64,000 nucleotides of DNA from a virus, in the IMG/VR virus record IMGVR_UViG_3300036780_000209, positions 64,001 through 128,000 of that record. One strand, written 5' to 3'. The notes beneath the pieces are model-generated. The model did not search any database. It worked only from the letters and a program-made list of their open reading frames with translations, and had not been told where the DNA came from. The translations under genes were made by a program, and so were the position numbers. Shown piece after piece: positions 53,622-60,722 of this stretch (the stretch's first letter is position 1; every line of letters starts with the position of its first letter).

Positions 53622-54050
53622 CTACATCCATTCCAGGTCGCCCGCCGGGGTCACCCCGGGACCAGGGGGCACCGGCTCCTCCGGCAGCGTGATGTACTCG
53701 TTGGCGCTCATCAGGGCGGCCAGGTCCTCCTGGACTGAGCCCGGGGTAGCCTCTTCCCACTCGAAGTCCGTCATGTCCGCGCCGGCAACCGGGAACGCCT
53801 CTTCCTCAGGCTTGCGGAAGTAATCGGGCCAGGCGTCAGCCAGCTCGATCTTGCCCGAGAGCACGGCTGCGAGCCGGGCCGGCTCCTGCGCCTGGCGGGC
53901 CGCCTTCATGCCGTCCAGGAAGTACAGGATCTCCAGGGCGGCTTCCTGGGCTACGGAGAGGGAACGCCCCCGGAGGAGCCCTCTGCGGTCAGCGAGCCGA
54001 AGCTGGCGCTCGATCCAGGGGTCGCATCCTTCGGGGCTGAGTCTTTTCCC
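53622..54050 (-). CDS. Tail assembly chaperone, -1 frameshift extension (gpGT-like)
   Basis: -1 frame entered at GGGAAAA (54044-54050): GKRLSPEGCDPWIERQLRLA... Confidence 0.85.
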   Translation of the reverse strand, partial: GKRLSPEGCDPWIERQLRLADRRGLLRGRSLSVAQEAALEILYFLDGMKAARQAQEPARLAAVLSGKIELADAWPDYFRKPEEEAFPVAGADMTDFEWEEATPGSVQEDLAALMSANEYITLPEEPVPPGPGVTPAGDLEWM

Positions 54051-54502
54051 AGCTCGGCCACCACCTGCCGGGCGCGCAGCTCCAGCTCCAGGTAGCGGTT
54101 GTAGATGATGTCGATGGTGGTCGGGTACCAGCGGCGGGCATAGCGGAACCGCTCGATCGCCTGCTGCATCGCCCCGCCGGTATCGCCCAGCGGCATCGGC
54201 ATCGGCTGGTCGTCGATGCTGACCACCGCCAGGGCAGCCAGGGCCGTGGCATAGGCCCGGGCCGCGCCGATGGTGGGGTCCCACTCCTTGACGAGGGAGG
54301 CCACGATCAGCTCCTCGTCGGTAGTGAGGGTCCTCAGCGTGATGCGATGGCCGACCCACTCGAATGTCCCGCTGAGGTAGCCGATCATCAGCAGGCCGCT
54401 GAGGTCAGCCCGCCAGTCGGCGGGCTGCTCCCCGAAGGTCATCGGCTCCCCCATGGCCAGGGGAGTCGTGGCTCCGGGGAACTCGGCCTCAGCCGTCGTC
54501 AC
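53951..54502 (-). CDS. Tail assembly chaperone (gpG-like)
   Basis: Between tube and tape measure; ITLRTLTTDEEL; ends ELGK at the slippery site; start uncertain. Confidence 0.85.
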   Translation of the reverse strand: MTTAEAEFPGATTPLAMGEPMTFGEQPADWRADLSGLLMIGYLSGTFEWVGHRITLRTLTTDEELIVASLVKEWDPTIGAARAYATALAALAVVSIDDQPMPMPLGDTGGAMQQAIERFRYARRWYPTTIDIIYNRYLELELRARQVVAELGKDSAPKDATPGSSASFGSLTAEGSSGGVPSP

Positions 54503-54653
54503 GGGCAGCCTTGCTCTCGTCCTCGGGCACCTTGATGTCCAGGCCGGCCGACGGGCTGAACGACAGCCTTACCTCCTGGCCGCCATGGCGGACTACGCAG
54601 ACGACGGCGTCGCCCTCGGTGAAGACATCCACCTTGACGTTGACATGGCTCAC
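54489..54653 (-). CDS. Small hypothetical protein, 54 aa (MSHVNVKVDVFTEGDAVVCVVRHGGQEVRLSF...)
   Basis: Hand-translated; SD GGAGG, GTGA coupling, typical codon usage. Confidence 0.65.
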   Translation of the reverse strand: MSHVNVKVDVFTEGDAVVCVVRHGGQEVRLSFSPSAGLDIKVPEDESKAARDDG

Positions 54654-54805
54654 AGCGGGGTCCTCCACCTGACCATTGACTCCTGGATGCGGAACGGGTC
54701 GGGCTCAGGCGCAAGCTCCGGCGGGTCCGTGACGCTGACCGCTACCGACGCCGAGGCGGTATTGCCGTCGGCGTCGGTAGCGGTAGCGTCGATGACGAGG
54801 ATCAT
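54650..54805 (-). CDS. Small protein, 51 aa, resembling terminal Ig-like strands (MILVIDATATDADGNTASASVAVSVTD...)
   Basis: Hand-translated; ATGA coupling to the 54802 stop. Confidence 0.6.
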   Translation of the reverse strand: MILVIDATATDADGNTASASVAVSVTDPPELAPEPDPFRIQESMVRWRTPL

Positions 54806-55122
54806 GCCGCCGGGGGCGTGCCGATCATGGCCGTGAAGACGGCGGTGCCGATGGGGCTGCCATCCTGCTCGGCATAGGTATCGCCGAAGCTGTCGGTGAC
54901 GGTGACGGCCATGACCTCCTGGGTCGTCTGGTTCACGCTGACCGTGGTGTCAGCGCTCACCGCCTGGCCCGAGGCGTCGGTTGCGGTTGCGGTGACCGTC
55001 AGCGAGACGACACTGGTCGAGCCGTCGCTGTAGGTCGCGGTCACGACGATGGTGTCGCCTACGTCGTAAGTGGTCTTGTCCGTGGCCAGCGAGAGCGTCG
55101 GCCCTGGGGTTGGCGTAGTCAA
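54802..55122 (-). CDS. Ig-like Thr-rich virion accessory protein
   Basis: LATDKTTYDVGDTIVVTATY..LTVTATATDASG; SD GGAGG + TTG 55122. Confidence 0.7.
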   Translation of the reverse strand: MTTPTPGPTLSLATDKTTYDVGDTIVVTATYSDGSTSVVSLTVTATATDASGQAVSADTTVSVNQTTQEVMAVTVTDSFGDTYAEQDGSPIGTAVFTAMIGTPPAA

Positions 55123-55154
55123 GGGGTGAATCCCTCCGTGCGGAAGCTGCCTTC

Positions 55155-55502
55155 CTAACTTCCGGGGGCAGGAGCGGCTCCCGACTGGCGAGCAGCCCAG
55201 GCCCGCAGTGCGGCACCGGAGATCCGGCCGCGCTCTCCGCACGGTATCCCCTGATCCCGGGCAAAGGCCCGGATGGCAGCCGACTCGGCCGCCGGGGTCC
55301 GCTTCCTCCTGGCCTTCTGCTTGCGCTTGCGCCCGGCGGTCACGTAGGCATAGAACCGGTCCCGCATCTCCCGGTAATGCAGCTCGGTGAGGTCAATCTC
55401 GTAATCCTCACCGTCAAAGCTGAACAATACGGTACAGTCCGCCACCAGCTCCGGATTAAGGTCATCCTTACGAGTAACGGCAACTTCCTGGACCACCGGC
55501 AT
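55155..55502 (-). CDS. lsr2: Lsr2 nucleoid-associated protein
   Basis: DDL..TV.F.FDG..YEIDL dimerisation domain; IRAFA..G.....RGRI AT-hook domain. Confidence 0.93.
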   Translation of the reverse strand: MPVVQEVAVTRKDDLNPELVADCTVLFSFDGEDYEIDLTELHYREMRDRFYAYVTAGRKRKQKARRKRTPAAESAAIRAFARDQGIPCGERGRISGAALRAWAARQSGAAPAPGS

Positions 55503-55560
55503 TTACCTCCTCCGTGACATTACCCAGGTAATCCACGGATCATATCACAGGAAATGAAAG

Positions 55561-56088
55561 TCAGTTATTACCGGAGAACTTGTTGTTGTTCAGCGGAAGC
55601 CAGTGCGTATACGCGACGGTGATTCCCTTGGTGACGGCAAGCGCCCCGACGGTGATCGTGTCACCGTCATTGATATCGACGACCTGAACGTTCTGGTAGA
55701 GCTTTCCCCTCCACCGGCTCGGGGTGTTCGCGGTGCCCGGTGGCTTGATGATGAGCGAGGCCGTGACGTAGTTCGGGTTGGCGGCGAGGGCCGTGAACAC
55801 ATCCACGATGTTCCAGGTACCCGCCAGGCCCGCGAGCTGCCACCAGACCGGCTGGTTCCACAGCTCGCGGATGGTGAGCATCAGCGTGCCGCCGGCCAAG
55901 ACGCGGGACGTGGCAATCTCCACGGGGTGCTCCGCGCCGATCGGCTGGATGAACTGATAGGGCTGCCCGATATCGGAGAATGCGCGCTGCCCCGAGTCCT
56001 CCCAGCCCTCGCAGAATGCGATGGGCTGGTGATTGTAGGAGAGAACCGTGTAGCCGCTGCCGACTACGCGGACCTGGGTAGTAGCCAT
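55561..56088 (-). CDS. Tail tube protein
   Basis: 175 aa directly after the sheath; IQPIG..HPVEI..GTL.L. Confidence 0.8.
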   Translation of the reverse strand: MATTQVRVVGSGYTVLSYNHQPIAFCEGWEDSGQRAFSDIGQPYQFIQPIGAEHPVEIATSRVLAGGTLMLTIRELWNQPVWWQLAGLAGTWNIVDVFTALAANPNYVTASLIIKPPGTANTPSRWRGKLYQNVQVVDINDGDTITVGALAVTKGITVAYTHWLPLNNNKFSGNN

Positions 56089-56101
56089 TTCTCATTCCCT
56101 C

Positions 56102-57631
56102 TCAGGGAGACAGGGCATTCTGCGCAGACTGCGTCGTCACGGTGCCGGTGTTGAGGTTGAGCGAGTACTGCACCTGGATGTAGTTCATCGGGATGAACGG
56201 CATGTATTCGAAGGTGCAGGACAAGATGGTCGGATCGCCGGACGGCGGGGCCTGCTGCACGACTGTCACGTTCGTGTAGTCCGAGATGACCCCCTGGGTG
56301 ATGGCCTGCTCCAGGATCGAGGTGAGGGCCGCCTGAACGGTGGCTACCGAGGTCGTCGCGATCGGGGACCCGATCAGGCCCGAGGAGGTGAAGCCCTGGG
56401 TCACCAGGAGGGCGAGGATGTCGCCCTGGCGGACCATGGAGATCTCCCGGTCGTTCAGGGTGTCCATGTCCGTGGTCAGGCCCTGGCGGACCACCAGGAC
56501 ACCGTCCCAGCGCCGGAAGACGATGCATGCGCCCGAGCTGGCCAGGGAGTTCATGAAGCTCTGGGTCATGTTGGTGATCTCAAGCTGGGTGAGGCCGCCG
56601 AAACCGGACAAGGTCTGCTGGGTCAGGCCCGTGCTGATCGGGAGGGTGGACAGGATCGCGCCCAGGGCGACCGCGAGATAGCAGCCACTGGCATTGAAGA
56701 TCGCATTGGTGATCGAGTTGAAGCCGATCACGATCTCCGGGTAGGCCAGGACCAGCCGCCGGCTGGAGAGCAGGGCGCACAGGTTCGGGATGGGCTCGTC
56801 GTTCTCGGAGTAGTTGCGCGGCAGGCCGAAGAACCCGATGCGGGGATAGCCCGCGTTGCTCGCGTTGGTGCAGGCCAGGGCCAGGTCATTGGCCAGGTTG
56901 CCGGCGAAGGCCGCGACGGTGCCGCTCGGGGGGGTCAGGTCGTCACTGAAAACGGGCACCACGATGGTCGCGCTGACCAGGTTGGCGAGCTTGGCGTAAG
57001 CCGAGATGAACTGGGCTTCGAGGTTCCCGTCAGCCGGGTTGAGCGCCACGGTGTAGATCGTGTTGGCCTGGTTCGCGAAGGCGACCTGGGCGGCGTAGCT
57101 GAGCGGGTTGGCGACCTGGGTAGCGTTCGGCGTCGTCGGGATGGAGGAGACGAACGGGCTGCCATAGGCGTTCAGCACGGACTGGTAGTCGGTGAAAACC
57201 TGCGGCTGGTAGTAGGTGATGTCCGCGTAGTTGTACCGGACGGTGACCTGCTGCCCCTCGGTGACGTTCGGGCTGGTGTTGACCCGGAGCACCGAGGTGA
57301 TCGCCAGGGCGCTGTTGCCGGACGGGTCCGGGGTCACGGTCAGGGAGTAATCCACCCCCGAGGTCAGGATCGTTCCGGCCACGTTGGTCACCACGGGAGC
57401 GCCGATGGCCGGAGGGCCGGTCACCGCCGTGGTGAACACCCCGCCGAAGGTGAGCTGGGTGGGCACGGTGGAGGAGATCAGGAAGGACTGGACGGCCGAC
57501 CGGAATCCCAGGGCCGGCCCGCAGATGGCAAGCACCTGCTGCGGCACGCCCGTGCTCGTGATCACGGGCACCGTGGTGTTCGTGACGTAGACGCCCGGAG
57601 CCTGGTACGTCGTGAAGGTCGTGACGGTCAT
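56102..57631 (-). CDS. Tail sheath protein
   Basis: N-terminal Y.APGVYV; AVALGA..LT...L.GF; L...G......V.QGLTT..REIS.VR; FEY.P.IPMNYI.V. Confidence 0.92.
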   Translation of the reverse strand: MTVTTFTTYQAPGVYVTNTTVPVITSTGVPQQVLAICGPALGFRSAVQSFLISSTVPTQLTFGGVFTTAVTGPPAIGAPVVTNVAGTILTSGVDYSLTVTPDPSGNSALAITSVLRVNTSPNVTEGQQVTVRYNYADITYYQPQVFTDYQSVLNAYGSPFVSSIPTTPNATQVANPLSYAAQVAFANQANTIYTVALNPADGNLEAQFISAYAKLANLVSATIVVPVFSDDLTPPSGTVAAFAGNLANDLALACTNASNAGYPRIGFFGLPRNYSENDEPIPNLCALLSSRRLVLAYPEIVIGFNSITNAIFNASGCYLAVALGAILSTLPISTGLTQQTLSGFGGLTQLEITNMTQSFMNSLASSGACIVFRRWDGVLVVRQGLTTDMDTLNDREISMVRQGDILALLVTQGFTSSGLIGSPIATTSVATVQAALTSILEQAITQGVISDYTNVTVVQQAPPSGDPTILSCTFEYMPFIPMNYIQVQYSLNLNTGTVTTQSAQNALSP

Positions 57632-57652
57632 GCAGACGCCTCCCTGGTGGTC

Positions 57653-57685
57653 ACTCCTTCCAGGGAGCTACAGGCCGGAGGGCAG
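57653..57685 (-). promoter_or_regulatory. Candidate phage late promoter (sheath)
   Basis: CTGCC-N20-GAAG-gagt-G. Confidence 0.6.
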
Positions 57686-58327
57686 GCCAGGGGGGAACTG
57701 CGGCGGCGTGGTTATCAGCGAGTTCGCGGCCGGGAATCCCTCGATGGTGGCGACCACCTGGATCTCGCGCAGATTGACCATCTCCACGGCGGCCGGGTCG
57801 GTCACGAACTCACCCAGAACCTGGATGGCCAGGCCGCGCTCGTAGATCACGTCGTCAGATCCCCAGGGGGTCCCCGGAGCGGCCTGCTCGCCCCGGGGCT
57901 CGATCGTGTCGTAGGACCAGTTCGTCGCGATCATGTCGTTGGCCTCGACGTACTGCCGGAACGGACTGGGGGCAACGGACTGGGCGGCGAAGGCGAGCAT
58001 GGCGATGACCTGGTCATAGATCAGGTCGCACTCGTTGCTGACGTTGAGGGCAGCGATGGTGAAGGACACGTGGCCGGTGAACCGCCAGCGGGTCAGCAGG
58101 TTGCCGGACAGGTCGAACTCGGTGTAGGCGATGCCCGCGATTTTCAGCTCGGCAGCCTCGTAGTTGACCCACACGGCAGGGTAGGCGGTCGGCACCTGGG
58201 GGTAATCCACGGAGCAGAAAACGGGCTGGGAGCCGCCCGCCGGGTCGGTCTCCGGGTAGGTGATCATGAACGCCGACTTGATGGCCTCGACGGCCGTCGT
58301 CTTGATCTCCCTCAGGTACCCGCTCAC
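57668..58327 (-). CDS. Tail terminator/completion protein (probable)
   Basis: Upstream of the sheath; DYP...YPAVWV; no SD (leaderless candidate). Confidence 0.65.
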   Translation of the reverse strand: MSGYLREIKTTAVEAIKSAFMITYPETDPAGGSQPVFCSVDYPQVPTAYPAVWVNYEAAELKIAGIAYTEFDLSGNLLTRWRFTGHVSFTIAALNVSNECDLIYDQVIAMLAFAAQSVAPSPFRQYVEANDMIATNWSYDTIEPRGEQAAPGTPWGSDDVIYERGLAIQVLGEFVTDPAAVEMVNLREIQVVATIEGFPAANSLITTPPQFPPGLPSGL

Positions 58328-58339
58328 ATATCTTCCGGG

Positions 58340-59059
58340 CTAGAAGCGAGCCCTCCAGAACTTGTCGGCCGCGTAGATGCGGACCGGGAGGATGCCGCCC
58401 TGCTGGGCGGCCCGGGTCATGGCGTGGTTCAGGAACTTCCGGGGGGCCAGGCCGGGGTGCCGCCAGCGGACGCCGATATTGCCCTGGGTAATGGCCCCCG
58501 GGGTCCGGCCCGGGGTGGTCCACGGCCGTGCTGCCTCCCGGCGGCCGAGCGGGCTGCCGATGTGCCCGGGTGCCCCGGGGTAGCTCATCGGCACGGTGTA
58601 CTCTCTCACCTCGCCGGAGACCCTGGATACCTTGCGCACGGTCCGGCGCTGGCCGGACTTCGCGACCCGGCGGAAGATCAGGATCTGCGGCTTGCCGCTC
58701 AGGGTGACCCGGGTCTGTGCTTTCGGGTTCTTCTGCTGCAGCTCGCCCGCCGGGTCGTCCACCCACATGGGGATGGTCTTGCCCGCCAGGCTGAACATGG
58801 TGAACGGCTGAATCCCGTTCTCCTGGAACCACACGTAGGAATCCTGGAAGCCGATCCCGAAATAGTCCTTGCCGTACAACGGGTAAAGGCGGCTGGCCGC
58901 CTGCCCGGTGAGCTTGGGCATGAGGTGCCTGGCTTCCCTGACGGCATTATTTGCCAGGCGGTGCGCACGCCCTCCTGAAATCCCGGAGACTATCATGATG
59001 AGACGGTCGGGATTGGCCGAGATCTTCATCTCGGCGGTCTCACCCGCAAGAACGGTCAC
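58340..59059 (-). CDS. Neck/tail completion protein (HK97 gp10-like, basic)
   Basis: AR..MPKLTG....L, Y..FQENG..PF, WRHPGL.PR.FL..AM. Confidence 0.7.
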   Translation of the reverse strand: MTVLAGETAEMKISANPDRLIMIVSGISGGRAHRLANNAVREARHLMPKLTGQAASRLYPLYGKDYFGIGFQDSYVWFQENGIQPFTMFSLAGKTIPMWVDDPAGELQQKNPKAQTRVTLSGKPQILIFRRVAKSGQRRTVRKVSRVSGEVREYTVPMSYPGAPGHIGSPLGRREAARPWTTPGRTPGAITQGNIGVRWRHPGLAPRKFLNHAMTRAAQQGGILPVRIYAADKFWRARF

Positions 59060-59601
59060 CAGTCATCCTCATCATCCTCGTTACGGCAATCCGGGCAATT
59101 AGCCGGGGAGTCTTCCGGACGGCTCGTGTCGAATACCTTCCCCTCCATGAAGCTCTGCCCGAGCAGACGGCTCCTGGCAAACCGGTGATGACCATCGAGA
59201 AGAAATGTATCTCCCTGGTGCCGGACAAATTTGGAAGGCCCTGATTCCATGTCATCCGGTTCATCATGCAGCGTCTGCCTCATCCGGTATTTAACTTCTT
59301 CCGGATACACATGGCCCTGGTGAGTATAAATAGGCTGACGAAGGGAAACGGCCTCAGTGGGAAGATGATGCCAGTGACGATCTCTCTCGGATTCATCCCT
59401 AGGCCATCCGTGAGTATCCATGATGTGATGAACGCTGTAATTGCTGACCTGGGGTCCCCAGCGGGCCGGAATACCGGTAGAGGTACCTCCGCTGTACTCC
59501 GAATGATCGAGCCAGTGCTCAGCCCGCTGACGACGGCGCTCTCTCGCCTCTTCCCCTGCCTCCTCGAAAGAGGACGTGACCTGGGTCCACAGCAGGCTCA
59601 T
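59056..59601 (-). CDS. ParB/Srx-like domain protein inside the head-tail module
   Basis: THQGHV..V..Y..FVRHQGDTFLLDGHHRFA; ATGA coupling; lower GC. Confidence 0.8.
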   Translation of the reverse strand: MSLLWTQVTSSFEEAGEEARERRRQRAEHWLDHSEYSGGTSTGIPARWGPQVSNYSVHHIMDTHGWPRDESERDRHWHHLPTEAVSLRQPIYTHQGHVYPEEVKYRMRQTLHDEPDDMESGPSKFVRHQGDTFLLDGHHRFARSRLLGQSFMEGKVFDTSRPEDSPANCPDCRNEDDEDDW

Positions 59602-60722
59602 GACGCTCCGCTCAGGGGATAAGTGACGGATGCCTGCAGGTTCCCCGAGCTGGCAGCGGTCGGGGTGTCCTCGGTGATGAGCGGGGCGCGGATGATCTCG
59701 AACCACGAGAAGTCCACCGGCAGCCTCGTGTAGCTGCCCAGGGCCTCGGCGACGGCGGCCGGGGAGGGCGGGATGCTGTAGGCGACCGAGGTCGGGTCCT
59801 CCAGGTCGGCCTGCATCAGGTTGTAGTCGATGGCGGCCGACTGCTGGTAAGGCAGCGCGAAGCCGGTGCGCAGGGTGGTCCGGCGGGGGACCCGGAGGCG
59901 GAACCGCATGCCGTCCTGGCGGAAGCAGTAGTCCCCGGCCCGGACCCGGAAGTCCGGGGTGCTCTCGATGTTCGCCGCAGCGGTGTTGACGACGCCCCGG
60001 GAGGTCTTCTGCTGGTTCTTGTCCAGGTCGGTGAAGACGGCCGGGCGCACGATCAGGGCGCGGAACCCGCCCTCGAACTGCGTGCCGAAGCAGTCCGGGC
60101 AGCGGTACTGGTTGCCGCCGCCGTAGGCTGACGCTATCCGGGCCTCAGATGCCCGCAGCGTCGCCGACCCGCCGACATCAGCCACGGAGAACGGCACCGT
60201 ATCCGGCGTGCTGGCGGCGTTCTGGAAGCACCTCAGGCACCTCTGGACCAGGCCGGCCTTCTCCTCCAGAGTGGTCCACATCAAGATGAACACGGCCAGC
60301 TCCCCGTACTGCCACAGGGCCTGGGCGTGCCGCTGCCGCTCCTGGTGAACGGCCCAGTGCTGAACATCGCGCTGCCAGGCCTGCAGGACGGGCTGAGGGG
60401 GCACCGGTACCGGGATGCTGATCACGGCCGGGGCATACGCCCCTCCTGAGGCGGCCGGGGCCAGGACGACGACGGGCTCCAGGTTGACCGAGCCGATCGT
60501 GAACTGCGAGCCCGAGCTTCCCGCCAGGATGAAGACGCGCAGCGGCGGCCGGGCAGCGGACTCGAAGACGGTGCCGGGAGCAGTCCCGGCTGCCCCGCTC
60601 CCGGCCGGGGGCGGGGTGGCCTGGGTGACCGGCACCGGACCGGGCAGGGGCGTGAAGACGAGCCCACGGCGCGTCCGGGACCCGGCCCGCAGGCGGGCTC
60701 TCATGAAGTCGGAGGGGTTCAC
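59598..60722 (-). CDS. Head closure/head-tail joining protein with Zn finger (probable)
   Basis: L..YGE....RCLRC..CPDCFGT.FEGGF; P...GD....DG.RF. Confidence 0.65.
   Translation of the reverse strand: MNPSDFMRARLRAGSRTRRGLVFTPLPGPVPVTQATPPPAGSGAAGTAPGTVFESAARPPLRVFILAGSSGSQFTIGSVNLEPVVVLAPAASGGAYAPAVISIPVPVPPQPVLQAWQRDVQHWAVHQERQRHAQALWQYGELAVFILMWTTLEEKAGLVQRCLRCFQNAASTPDTVPFSVADVGGSATLRASEARIASAYGGGNQYRCPDCFGTQFEGGFRALIVRPAVFTDLDKNQQKTSRGVVNTAAANIESTPDFRVRAGDYCFRQDGMRFRLRVPRRTTLRTGFALPYQQSAAIDYNLMQADLEDPTSVAYSIPPSPAAVAEALGSYTRLPVDFSWFEIIRAPLITEDTPTAASSGNLQASVTYPLSGAS

Noticed and set aside
54499-54714. Track ORF of 71 aa
   Set aside because: Two other frames (54650-54805 and 54489-54653) have coupling, SD and better codon usage.
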